The position numbers and the translations under genes are program-made. This document shows, piece by piece, positions 1-12,830 of a DNA stretch of 64,000 nucleotides (positions are counted from its first letter, which is position 1; each line of letters starts with the position of its first letter). Source of the stretch: Octopus vulgaris (taxonomy: Eukaryota); the NCBI GenBank assembly GCA_951406725.2, contig OX597818.1, positions 77,748,001-77,812,000 on the forward strand, written 5' to 3'. The notes beneath the pieces were generated by a model that saw nothing but the letters and a program-made list of their open reading frames with translations, searched no databases and was not told the DNA's origin.

Positions 1-299
1 TTTTATTGAGATGATAACTTGATATGTTTTGTTTCTTTGCTTTGTTACAACATAAGCAGAATCATAACATCTTGTAGTACTCTTCAATGTATTACTTGCT
101 TTTCATTTAATTTGTTGCTCTCGCAGCTTTAATCAAAGTAAAATAAGTAAAAGGCATTTTACTGGGATGTTTTTTTTTTCTGTTTTTGTTAGAAACATAC
201 TATCAGTTGGACTTTAAAATATACTGCTGGCTGTATTACTTTTCATCTCTACTTACATTTCTACACAAATGTATACGCACATTTTCCACTGTCTTTTTA

Positions 300-700
300 T
301 ATATCATATATGTATATATGGATATGTATTTGTATATAAGTGTGTGTGTGTGTTTGTGTGTATATATATATGTACATATGTATGTATATATATACATGTA
401 TATGTTTGTGTGTGTATATATATATATACATATATATATGTATGTATACATATATATATATACGTATATATATGTATGTATACATATATATACGTATATA
501 TATATATATGTATACATATATACGTATGTATGTATGTATGTATATATATATAAATATATATGTACATGTATGTATATATATGTACATGTATGTATATGTA
601 TATATACATATGTATGTATATATACGTATGTATTTATATGTGTGTATATATATATATATGCTTTTATATGTATGTATATATATATATATATATTTATATA
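300..700. repeat. Compound (TA)n/(TG)n/(TATG)n microsatellite
   Basis: Directly visible; source of spurious Y/I/M/C-rich ORFs. Confidence 0.95.
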
Positions 701-1201
701 GACAGTGTTTCGGCTGTTGGACTTACAGCCTTTGTAGTTCATCAGATTCACATCACACTATGCCACAGGTATTACATTGTGTCGTTGATCAAGTTCCATT
801 ACATTATTGTTTTGCTGTAGTTAACCCATACATTCTCAGTTCCCTTCCTGATGAAATATTAAATAAACGAGTTGCTGGTGCTAAGAAGGGTTTCTGTCGA
901 AGAGAAAGCACTTTTTGTTTCCTCCAAGAACAAATATCAGATATTTCAGATGTATTCAATCCATGCAGTCATCTAGAAATGTTTGGAAGTAAAATACTAA
1001 AATTTTAAAATATTAAAAAGAAAAAAAAAACAAAGAAATCATTTAGCTGTAAAATTTATTTATTTATTTATATTTTGTATCCAAGAAATAACAGCAACTA
1101 TAAAGCCAACACTTGCTGCTCACTCTTCAAAATATTTAATCATCCATAAATTGTGTAGATATTATTTTATTCAATTATCATTTCATATTATTATTATTAG
1201 G

Positions 1202-1414
1202 AAGGTGATGAGCTGGCAAAGCCATTAGAGTGTCTGGTAAAATACTTTGTAGTACTCTCTCCAGCTCATTACGTTCTGAGTTCTATTACCACTGGAATCG
1301 ACTTTGCTTTCCATCCCTATGGGGTTGATAAAATATAGTATCAGTCAAGCACTGTGGTTGATGTAATCAAATTGCCCCTCTCCTGAAAATTGCTGGCCAA
1401 AATTAGTGAGACTA
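1202..1414 (+). mobile_element. tRNA-derived SINE (family A; central ctttcatcc..ggggtcgataaaataagtaccag domain, Meta/MESC-like) ending in (TAT)n
   Basis: Head aaggtgatgagctggc, B-box-like gagttc..., similar copies at 5605, 11818, 13128, 13355, 25791-28150, 37345. Confidence 0.8.
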
Positions 1415-1459
<45 letters not shown>

Positions 1460-2818
1460 CCTGAGTTCATATTCCACCAGGGTTGACTTTGTCTTCTCTT
1501 CCTTCCAGGGGTTAGTAAGTATCAGTTTAAATACTGGGTCCATTTAATCATCACTGCTCTCCTTCCTCTGCCCCTTCCCCCTAACCCCAATATATGGCCC
1601 TCAATATCATAATTAATAAGAATTTTACACGTTGTGTGTCAACAACCTTCTATAAACCTGAGTTGTTGACTCTCCTTCAGTTTGCAAGGTGTTTTAATGA
1701 TGCATTTTAATGTCACATTGTTTCAACCCTTGTAAAAAACATGAGTGCCAGCTTCTCTACAATCCCTATTCTCCAAAAGTCTCGCAATTTTCTAGCCTTC
1801 ATGAATAATTATTTGACTTTTTTTTTTTTAGTTACTTATTTATGATTTCTACCATTAACTGGTAAAATTTCAATTTTACTGCCATTTTGTTGAAATTTTG
1901 TCAGTCAGAACTGCTGTTATCTTTTTTTTTTTTTATAATTCTGTCATAATTTCGGTTCAGTATTTCTTTTTAACTGTGTCTGTCTGTGTGTCAGACACAG
2001 GATATTTGTCAATTTCCCAAGTTTTTTCACAGTAACTAGTAAAAATGTTGTCAGAACACAGAGCTCTTTGACAATAGCTAGCACAATGCTTATCAGAAAC
2101 CAGAGCTGGAAAAAATTTACAGCTCATTGCATGTGAACTAGTTCCTTGGCTAATTAATATATCTTTGAATCCCACCGAATGCATGTTGCTCTCTCTCTCT
2201 CTTCCCCACTCCCTTCCTCTCTCTTTCTCTCTCTCTTATAACATTTATACTTTTCATCTGTATATAGATAGTGAGAGAGAAAGAGAGACAGTAAGAAAAT
2301 ATATCCACTAAAAACCCCACTTTTCATTTCCAAACCATCATTTATCTTCTCCTCCCACAGAATCAACCTCATCACTTTCTTTCTATTTCCAGATAATGTA
2401 TTAATAACAATTGCTTTTAACAATTTTTTTTTAATCTCCAGCTTTAAAAAAAACACAAAAAATAAACAAATTGCTTTTTCTAAAGACACAAAGAGAAACA
2501 TATTTATTATTATTATTATTATCATCATTATTATTATTATTATTACTATTATTATTATCTGCTTTTTTTTTTTTTTTTTTGAAATGTTGCAGAACTCTTC
2601 ATTTATGTTCCTGCTTAGTATTACCGTGACCAGAGTTAGCGGTGGCTGTGGTTAACAGTAGGGTTTAGATTTTGACCACACTTCTACTGGTGAACTTTGT
2701 ATATAGACCTTTTAAAACAAGTGCTGTATAATGAATGGCTGGTGCCAAATTAAATAAAACAGTTATTGAAAAAATTAATAAAAGACTTCAGGGGTTTTTT
2801 ATACTTTTCTTTTCTCTT

Positions 2819-3207
2819 TAACCTTTTAATGTTCATATTACTCTGTCAAATGTGATGCTTATTTATTCATATTGTTTTGAGTTAATCATGCATTATTTCA
2901 CTGATTTGACGAATACAATGAACAGCTTGATTTTAATTTGCCTGGGTAATTTGGAGTTCCAGACTTCCTTTATTTTGTGACAGGCTGTCCATGCTTGTGC
3001 CTTCCTGATCTTGGTGTCTGCTTCCAAACTGCTCACCCAACCACCTAAGTACTTTGCATCAATGCTATTATATGGCAATGAAACATGGACACTGACAAAG
3101 AAATTATTAAATGGGCTAAATGGATGCCACTCAAGGATGCTAAAAATGCAGCATCCCAAATGTGAAATGGCAGCGACATAGGACAAATGAATGTATGTAT
3201 ATATATA

Positions 3208-3238
<31 letters not shown>

Positions 3239-3667
3239 TCCTTTATGGAGACCTACTGAAAGTTAGCAGGAAAATCAGGCAAAGACGGCTGAAACTATCT
3301 TGTCACTGCGTGCGCCACCCTGATCTGGAAGTATCCAAATTAGTCTTGTAGAATCCACTTCATGGTGGCGCAAGAAGAGGAAAACGTCACACATCGACAA
3401 CTTGATTGCAGACACTGGCCTGGACATCAAGGCAGTGATGATGGACTAAGAAGTGTGGCAGGTAGACTTTGTTGCTGTGGCCCAGGTTGGAACCTGACAA
3501 TAATGATAATAATATGCATTATCTCCTAGGCTCAATATGTTAATGATGTAATTATTTATGTTAAGAATACTACTGTAGGGTAGGTGTGAGAGGCCGGATC
3601 TGGTCAGTTTGAACATGAAAGAGAAAATTTGAGCTTGACATTGCTTGTTTAAATGCTAAAAGGTTAA
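2819..3667. mobile_element. TTAA-flanked MITE (piggyBac-like), interrupted by an RTE-type LINE fragment
   Basis: ttaa-cctttta... and ...taaaagg-ttaa ends; related copies at about 28958-29172 and 62858-63260. Confidence 0.6.
2897..3513. mobile_element. 5'-truncated, 5'-inverted RTE-type LINE fragment
   Basis: Minus segment encodes KYLGGWV...LFIVFVKSV; plus segment from about 3059 continues SMLLYGNETWTLTK; TSD atgcattat at 2888-2896 and 3514-3522. Confidence 0.75.
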
Positions 3668-6352
3668 TGTCTGTCTTTCTCTCTCTCTCTCTCTCTTTGT
3701 GTGTGTGTGTCCCGGTGTACAGCTATAACTGCTGACATGTTGAAGTTCATCCTATTTCAGGTCATAAATCCTCTTCATTATTTACTGTCCATTTTTCTAT
3801 GCTTGTATGGCTCAAATGGAAATTGTTGAGGCAGATTTTCTGTGACCAGAAACCTTTTCTGACATAGCCCTCACCTATTTCCAATCATGGTAACGTTTCC
3901 CCTTGGCTGGACATATTTTCCATGGAACACTGGACACAAACAACATCATTTGTACATCAATGATACTCATTTACAACCATCATGTGATATCTAGACAAGG
4001 GCATGCACACACTCATTTAATTACAATGGGCTTCTTTCAGTTTCCATCTACCAAATCCATTCACCAGGCTTTAGTTGGCTTAGGGCTATAGTAGAACTCG
4101 TTTGCTCAAAGCGCTGCTCCGTGGACTGAACCTAAGACCACATGGTAAGTTTCTTAACCACATAATCATGTCTATGAATAGATATGTAGATATGATGATA
4201 AAAGTAATAGTAATGATGATGGTAGTGCTGGTGCTAGTGGTGATGATAACGATGATGATAAATTGACCTAAATAACAAATTAGTAGACACAAGATTTCAA
4301 GGACTTTTGTATACCAGGGATGTGTAGAAAATTTCAAAATATGAAGAAATGGTCTGACAGGGAGTATTACTGAGTCCTGATGCTGAGAGAAGGGCTTCTC
4401 AGATTTCCTCAACTCATTTCCACAAATTCACGAGTCCTTGTCATCATCGCCAATTTAATGTGCACTTTCCATGCTTGTGTGGATCTGACAAAATTCATTG
4501 AGGAAGATTTTCTCTGGATGTGTACTACTCCTGTTTCTTCAGCAAGCTAAAATTTCCCCTGAAAAATCTTCTGTAAAAGACATGTCCAGTACAATGGCTG
4601 GATATGTTTTTATAGAAGACTGCACATACAAAACTGCCTCTGTAACAGTGAAGTTTACAGTTAGTGTGCAATTTCAGATATGAAGACGCACACACATATA
4701 CATATATATTTATACATACACTCATGTGCATACGCACACATACACGCAATGAGCCTCTTTTGATTTCCAGCTACCAAAGTCACAAGGCTTTGATCAGCCT
4801 GGACGTCTGAACTCAAAGCAAACTTCTTAACCCATACAGCCTTGTCTGTGCCTGTATAAAACAAGTCTTCTCAGCAATGGACCACAGTTTAATTTTTTTC
4901 ATTTTTTTAGCTCCCTTTTATAATGTTTTAGAGTCTTGGACACTGGCAAGCAAGATTCATGAACATAATTTAATTTCAAGGGAGTACTAATAGTTTCTGT
5001 TAAAAAAAATGTGTGGCAGGGAAATAAAAAGAACAATTTTGTGAATATCATCTCTATGGAGATAACAATTCATTCTCATTCTCTCTCTTATAGATGAATA
5101 GTCATGTAGCTCATCTTCAGCAAGAACCTGCTCTACTCCAACCTCTATTCTCCTACCTTAACCACTACCTCCCATTAAGATGTGCCCACCACCACCACCA
5201 CATCTTTGGGTTTTGCAAGCTTGTGAGCTGCATGATGACCTCAATAGTGTTGGTGACACAAAAAAAAAAGCAGGCAGTACACACTGTAAAGTGATTGGTG
5301 TTATGAAGGGTATCCAGCCGTAGAAACCATGCCAAAGCAGATACAAGGATTATGCAGCTATTGAACCCATTTGTCAAACTATCCAGCCCAGGTCAGCATG
5401 GAACATAGAATGTGGATGATGGTGATGATGATTTCAGTTAAAATGATAGAATTGTCTCTAGAGGCACATATTGCTGATGAAGTTGTCATTTAAGCTCTAT
5501 CACAGTTTAGTAACCAAGAGAAAGAATATAGAAAAAGAAAAAAAAACCTAAGAATTTGCTCAGAAAAATTTCAGAATTTATTTAGATAGTTAACAAAGCG
5601 ACATAAGGCAGTGAGTTGACAGAATGGTTAGCACACTGGTAAAAATGCTTAGCATCATTTCATCTGTTTTTATGTTCTGAGTTCAAATCATGGCACGGTC
5701 AGCATTAACTTTCATCCTCTTGTGGGGTTGATAAAATAAGTACCAGTTGAACACTGAGATTGATGCAGTCAACTTGCCCCTCCCTTGAACTTGCTGGCCT
5801 TGTGCCAAAATTTGAAACCAATAATAAAGTGACATAAGGCTGTCACCTCACAGACTTAAGGCATATATATATAATTAAAGTGAAAAATGTTAGTATGAAA
5901 TAATTTCTGTACATCTAGCTATCAGATTTTAGAAGTCAAATCTTCTGATATACAAATATCCTTTATGCTGTCATGTACAACAGGCTAGAATTAATAGTCA
6001 AATCTTCCTCAAATCACAAACTCTCATCTTAAATAATTGAAATTAGATCATGTTGTCCTAGATATGAACTTTGTCTCAGAAATGATGGTCATTGATAAAA
6101 CATGATTGATCGTAGTTCAGTTTAGGTTGGCCTGAGGTTAAACACAATAACATGGTCATAGCCAGGACACTTTGATGATAGGTATGCTGGATCAGGAGTG
6201 ACCTGGTGCTAAACAACAACAACTTTTATCTCCAAATAACCCAAGAATTCACCCTCATATTGACAGCATTTACATCTATCTTCATCATTCATCTGTCTTA
6301 TCAAAATGTCTGTCACTCAGACTAGAAAAATCTTTTTATCAGTTCTTTAAAT

Positions 6353-6355
<3 letters not shown>

Positions 6356-6438
<83 letters not shown>
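6356..6438. repeat. (CT)n microsatellite
   Basis: Directly visible. Confidence 0.95.
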
Positions 6439-6442
<4 letters not shown>

Positions 6443-6530
6443 ATGTCTTTATCTCTTTCCCTTTCTTTCACCTCCTTACTCTTGTCTACCTCTCTCTGTA
6501 TTTCCCTCTTTCTTGCCTCCTTACTCTTCC

Positions 6531-6565
<35 letters not shown>

Positions 6566-7404
6566 TCTGTCACACTCTCTCCCACCCACTCACCCCTCCA
6601 CCCACTCACCCCTCCACCCACTCACACCATATATCTCCAGCTGCTATTTCTTGTCTTATCTATTTCCTCTCAACATTCTCTGATGTTATTAGCCTCTAAG
6701 TCTCTTCTGTGAACACAACTTCTTCAGACTCTCCCATTCCTCCCACAGACACCATTTTGTTGCTCTTCTGAACACTTACCACCCATTCATTCCCTCTCCT
6801 ACCCTTATTTCCTACCTACGCCCAAACAACCTTCACTGTTTTCATTTCCAAACTCCACCATCACAGTTCCTGCATCCTTCATATTACCTGACACTGTTGC
6901 CTTACCATGAAGGCAGGTGACCTAGTAGCTAGTTGCTCAATGCACAATCATAAAGTTGTAGGTTCTATTCCTGGACTGAGTGGTGTGTTGTGTCTTTGAG
7001 CAAGGTACTTTATCTACCAAGTTGTAAATGAGTACCAGCTGAGTACATTGTAGCCCTCTCTTTCCTTCCTGCTGTTGCATTCTGGATGTTACACCAGGTC
7101 AAAGGTGATAGGATTGAGAATGAACTCTGTGTTTGTTCATGACTATAGAGGCACCTAAAACAATTAACAAAATCATGGTACATGTTACCAAACTATATTT
7201 GCCCACAAGTGAGGGCTGATATTATTGTCTAATCAAACCCTCTGATATAACATATTCCTGCCACACGACACTCATCTCAAACTTTTTTAATACAAGAAGT
7301 CAATTGTAGAAGCTCTGTCATTTGTATGCTGATTACCTTTGGCAGTAAATGCATTTCATACCTAACTTATCCTATATTATTCCTCAGACACAAGCATTAT
7401 CTTT

Positions 7405-9606
7405 TAACTTTTCAGTCATTAGACTACAGTCATCCTAGGGCACCATCTCAAAGAATTTTTAGAATCAACTCGAGTGCTTATTTTACATTTCAAATCTGGT
7501 ACTTATTCTGTCGATCTCTTTTGCTGTACTGCTAAATTACAGGGATGTAAATATACCAACACCAGCTGTCGTGGTAGTGGGGGACAAACAGGCATAGAGA
7601 CACATACACACTTATATAAATATATGATGGGCTTCTTTCAGTTTCCATATTCAAATCCTTTCACAAGGCTTTGATTAACTCAAGGCTGTAGTAGAAGACA
7701 CTTGCCCAATGTGCCACATAGTGTACTGAACCCAGAATCATGTGGTTAGGAACAAGCTTCTTTATTTCATTAAATTTGCCACAAGGGCAGCACATAGAGA
7801 GAAGCTTGAGGGCCAGACAGAGACATTAATGGGATGAATGATGATGATATAAGGATGATAAGGATGGGAGAAGACGAAAAGCACCCGCCAACTTTCGCTT
7901 CTCTAAAACATTGTTCCTTTTTTCTTTTTTTTTTAAAAACACAATGAGGCAATAAACCTCTTACACAGTTCAAAATTAAAAATAAAACACAAACACGAGG
8001 CAATAATCCTCTCACTTTTTACATTTTTAGTCTCTTTTTGTGGTAATACACCTCTTCAATTTTTCCGCCCGACCAGGCTCCTCGCTTCATCGAAGCACCT
8101 GGTCCGTTCCGAACTTAAAAGTTTCAACATAAATCTGAAGGAGTCCTTCGGGAAGGAGTTCATTATCCTGCACAGATCGGTCTTCCATATGACCTCCGCA
8201 GCCGCCTGCGAAGGCCACTCAGGGTCCTCCATGCAGGACAGAAGCCCCTCCCACCAGCCCTTCCTTTCAATTTTTTTGATTTCATTTTGCAAAGTTCCTC
8301 CTTTGTGGAAGAGGACCAAAAATTCCTCCTCCAGTGGCACATCCGCCAAAGGAGAATCGGGACACGCCGGCAGTGTGTCACAACCCGCCGGCAATGTCCC
8401 GTCTTTCTTTTTTCTTCACTTTTTCCCTTGGGCCATGGGAGGGTGGTGTTCCTTTGCTGTGTCCAACAGGTCCTCCTTTTCTCCTGCAGCTCTCGGGTCC
8501 TTCGGATACCTAGACCCAGCCATCCTAAAAAAATCTGGGAAAACCAGACTTTCGGCTGATTGGGTCCATAGGGTCAACACAGCTTTTGACTCCTCCCAAT
8601 CAGCCGCAAGCAAAATTTTTACGTTGAGCAGCTTGGTACTGCTACCACCCAGGCCCCGGCGGATAGAGTCCTCTATCCACTCGGACTCAACTCCGGGTAG
8701 CAAACCGCAGACCCAAGCTCTCGTTAACTTTTTCCCACAATAACTGGGGAGGAACATAATTTCATTGCCCTCGAGGGGCTGGTTTGCAAATTCGCAAGCT
8801 TCTTGGGGGAATCAAATAGCAACCAGACCATTGCAAATTTGACTCCCCGTGAAATAAATTTGATGGCTGGCATGTATTCTGCCAGCTCTTTCAAAATTGT
8901 GGCTTTCGGGAAGACGGTTATGGTATCGAGCAACTTTGAATAAGTCCTCAACACCACCGTCTTCCTTTCGAGCTCTTTTAGCCATGATTTGGGAGGTGTT
9001 AATTCCCACACTAATAATTCCTTTGCCATTTTTTTTCTAAAATAAAAAGTTCAAATACAGTTCGTCAATACGGTTTCAAATAAAGAAAGATACACAAAAA
9101 AAAGAAAGAAGACACAACAGAAGGGAAGAAAAAATAAAAATAACAGTTCAAATAAAGTTCTTTTTTTTAAAAAAATAAATGATAGCTGTGAAAAGAGAGT
9201 TCAAATCCAGGCAAAGAAATAAATTTTCAGCCAAAAGGTACTCCTGGCCAATCCTTTTAATCCACGTGGGCACAAAAATTTTCAAATACAATTTCTCACA
9301 ATTATGTGAGACAACACACACATCCCCACTGCAAGGCAGACAAAAAGCTCCGAATCCAGTAAGGACTCCTTGCCTGTTCAAAAAAATAAAACCAACAAGC
9401 AACAAATCCCACTGGACTCAAAAAGCAAAAAGTCTTACCTTACAGTAGAGCATCTTTCAGTTCAACTTTCGCCAGCTGCATACCAGCGTGACGACTTCAA
9501 CAGGTGCGTGAAGAACACTGTTTTTGTTCTTTTTAGGATGGAGCTCAAAGCTACACGTCCTCACTGTTCAACCAGAAGCAAGCTTCTTACCGCACAGTCA
9601 CACCTG
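7405..9606 (-). mobile_element. tRNA-derived SINE (family B, CORE-like) split by the L1/Tx1-like insertion
   Basis: 7405-7762 matches family B body; the remaining head ...accgcacagtcacacctg resumes at 9589. Confidence 0.75.
7763..9574 (-). mobile_element. Non-autonomous L1/Tx1-like retroelement carrying a frameshifted ORF1 only
   Basis: TSD gaa(g)caagcttctt at 7750-7762 and 9575-9588, splitting a SINE; ORF pieces 9029-8724, 8757-8416, 8394-8056; A-rich 3' end; no RT/APE motifs seen. Confidence 0.6.
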
Positions 9607-9989
9607 GGCAATCTTTTTTCAAGAGGTGGGCCTCATAAGACATGACTTATATGGGCCACACTACTATTTCATTAGGTGTGCCATTCAAAAAGTCCTGTGG
9701 GCCACAGGTTCCCCACAAATGCTCATAGGTATGGGTTTCCAAAGCCCTCAACTTTGTAATTTATTCACTCACACCATAAAAGTGAAGGGCTCTGCTTACA
9801 ATATTTTGAAGAAGTTTGCTACTATCACTAAGAGTTAGTGGTGTTTACTTGATATAAATCCTGTATGATGATCATCATTGAATCAAAAGATATATGCAGA
9901 TATTGTATGGTTCCTCTCTTTCTATCCAGTGATCAGCAAAATTTTTTGATCATTATTAAGAAGCCTCTTTCAATTTTCAGAATTATTTT

Positions 9990-10180
9990 ACATTCTTCAC
10001 TAAAAGTCACATAGTAAGTCCTGTCTGTGAAAGTGCATTTCTTGCATTTACAGTTTTTTTCCATAATAATTTAGGTGATATTAGTAAAGAGAATGGTGGA
10101 AGGTTTCACCAATAATGGAGAGAAGGGACCAAAGATGTTACACCTGATGCCATGAGGGGTGACTATACTCGTATATGGTC
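9990..10180 (+). mobile_element. Highly decayed DNA transposase fragment, probably Chapaev3/CMC-like
   Basis: Translates (with frameshifts) as LSVKVHFLH...NLGDISKENGGRFHQ, resembling the KIHFLHSH..NLGAVSDEHGERFHQ motif. Confidence 0.4.
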
Positions 10181-10296
10181 TTTGATTAGATATGATGAAA
10201 GTTGTCATGAAAGAAATGAAGTGCCATCTTCAAAGCATCTTACTTTTTTTTTTTATTTTTCTACCTCCTACCAACCACCCAACCAACCAACCAACC

Positions 10297-11390
10297 AAAA
10301 AGTTCATAGGCTGACCAAGAAACTCTAATGGAATGTGACCAAATGAGGTTTATTTTTCAACATAGACCCCCTTACTATTCATACATTTCTTCCATCAGTG
10401 TTGCAGTACTTGGATCCCATTAATGAAGAAACTTTCATCCTGTTGGTCAAAAAAGTCAACAGCAGATATGATGTCATCATCATTATGATACTGGTTCCCA
10501 GCTAAGTGCTTTTTCATCATAAGAGATAGATGATAATCAGAAGGAAACAAATTAAGACAGTAGAGAGGGTGATCAACTAGTTCAAAACCAGTCAAACACA
10601 GCAGCTACTGAAACCAAGAACTGATGAAACAAGACACCTATTGTCAGTTTTCTTGGGCATTTGGTTTTGATATCCTTTGATAATTGCCTCAGTAAGTTAG
10701 CATAGTACTCTCGTTATGGTGTGACCCTTTTTAAGATAGTCAATAAACACAATGCCTTTAACATCCCCCAAAACTGAGGCCAACACATTCCCTGCCAATG
10801 AAATAACCTTGGCTTTCTTTGGAGCAGGTGAGGAGGGGTGTTTCCACTGCATGGACAGTCTCTTTGTCGCTGGCTTAATGTGATGAAGCCAACACTCATC
10901 TTGGGTTAGGAAATGTTCAAGGAAACTAGCTGGATCTGCTTCAAACAATATCATATTTTCCTGTTATGTGATCAGTCTGGTGTGCTTTTGATCAGATGTC
11001 AGAATATGTGACATCCACTGAGTGAAAACTTTTGTCCTGCCAAGTTCATTGTGCAGAATATTGTTAACTCTCTCTTGGGATATGCTAATAGCAGTGGCTA
11101 TTTGATTTATAATTAATTGTCTGCAATTCACCAGCACGTATGATCTCAATGTTTTCCTCGATGGTGGTAGTTGCAGGACGTCCAAATGTTGAGTCATCTT
11201 CAAGACTCTTTTTGCCTCCTATATCAGACACCCATTTTTGCATTGCTGATAAAGCTGGAGCATCATTTCTTTATGTAGTAACCATATCAACATGAGTGTC
11301 TTTGAGGATTAAACCCTTTTTCTTCAGATGCCAATTTTTTTCTATTTTCAAGAGAAGTCACTACTAGTTACTTTTGAAGTTGTGTAGTGA
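10297..11390 (-). mobile_element. Decayed mariner (DD34D) transposon
   Basis: TQDECWLHH, SMQWKHPSSPAPKKAK, GIVFIDYLKKGHTI, HPLYCLNLFPSDYHL (YSPDLAPSDY-like) across frameshifted ORFs 10395-11203. Confidence 0.9.
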
Positions 11391-11579
11391 AAATAACTGA
11401 AATACTGAGGGCAAACATTTTCCTCTTTAGTTAAACCATCAACTTGGAGAGAGAGGTGAGGAGAAAGAGGGAAATGCTCCTTCCACTAAATTTGTTGAAA
11501 AAGAAGCAAGAGTGGTGAACATGGCCTGAAGTGGACAGATCTGTAGGCTGGAAAATAAATGCTGAGAAAGGAAGAGAGA

Positions 11580-11611
<32 letters not shown>

Positions 11612-12029
11612 AGGCACTTGATTGACTCTTAGTCACTGTCTCCTACACTAGGGAATTTTCTTTGTCAGTATTTTTTATATTTTCTTTTATACATATTTAT
11701 ATGTAAACCCCTGTGTGTTGTAGTATTGTTTTCTGTATAGCCACTGTTGTGTTTGAGCACTTTGATTGATGAAGAAATCCTCCTCCTCCTCTCATCATCA
11801 TCATCATCATCATTATTAAGGTGAAGAGCTGGCAGAATCATTAGTATGCTGGATAAAATTGCTTAACAGCATTTCATCTGTTATTACATTTTGCATTCAA
11901 ATTCCACAGAGGTCAGCTTTACCTCTCAGGTCTACAAAATAAGCACCTGTTGAACACTGGAATTGATGTGATTGACTTACTCCCATCACTGCAACTGCTG
12001 GCCTTGTGCCAAAATTTTGAAATCATTGT

Positions 12030-12830
12030 TATTATGAGTTTTTCTTCTTCCTTCAATTTTGTTTCCATTTCTTGCTGAGTGTCTTCCTGACACCTAGGGC
12101 AAAGCAACCCACTGTAAACATTGATGAGAATAAACAGACCAGCCTGTTGATTTACAAAATCAAATAAAGTTACATAGAGAAAAAAAATATTTGCATGGGT
12201 GATAATCATTCTCACAGCAAAAATGCTCTTCTCAATATATGTGACATACAAGTTAAAACAATCTTTTGCACTTCTTGCATGGATGGTAAACCAGGGATAA
12301 TTCTCAAATAATTTTCAGTCCCCTGTTCTCCTACAATCACTGGTATTGTAATTGCCTTGAAATGCCACGTTTTTTATTTCAATGTGCAAATTTTTATATT
12401 TTCTGAGCTTGTTAAATTCTTTCACCAAAATATTATGATCACAAGGGTTACTCATGTCAATCAATAAACAGAATTTATTATTTTGGTCTTTTACAACAAC
12501 ATCCAGTTTATTAGCTTTTTATGATTCTACCTGTATGTACTGAAATGTCCTAAAGAATCATTACATTTGCTCCGTCAGTTACATCCTCAGGGCAATTCTT
12601 ATACAACAGTTTTGGTTTTATAACGCTGACATATTAACCAGTGTAGATACTGGTCGACTCAGTTACATCTAGATTTATATTCTACTGGTGCCAAAACTTT
12701 ACACCCAGAGCTTAAGTGGTCTACTGTTTCCATTTCATCATAAGAGCATCAGCACTTTGGATCTACTCCATTTTTCATCACATTGGCCTGGTAGTTCTGA
12801 GTCAATAAGTTTTGATCTTGAGCAGGGAAG
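12030..12830 (-). mobile_element. Decayed R4/Dong-clade LINE, 3' part (CCHC + RLE endonuclease)
   Basis: Minus strand reads ETVDHLSSGC, YLHWLICQ, LDVVVKD..CLLIDMSNP, KLRKYKNL, IPVIVG. Confidence 0.7.

Noticed and set aside
720-975. Possible minus-strand exons with plausible splice signals
   Set aside because: Frames contain stops next to the acceptors and no recognisable homology
186-1008. Overlapping Y/I/M/C/H/T-rich ORFs here and at 19294-19740, 23861-24489, 33201-33996, 41292-42020, 43896-44359, 56796-57131
   Set aside because: Translations of (TA)n/(CA)n microsatellites lacking stop codons; not genes
1640-2184. Coding-looking minus-strand stretch including ORF 1957-2184
   Set aside because: Short, interrupted and no recognisable motif
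6322-6712. ER-repeat and SL-repeat ORFs
   Set aside because: (GA)n/(CT)n microsatellite
8189-8743. 184-aa plus-strand ORF
   Set aside because: Antisense shadow of the minus-strand ORF1-like sequence
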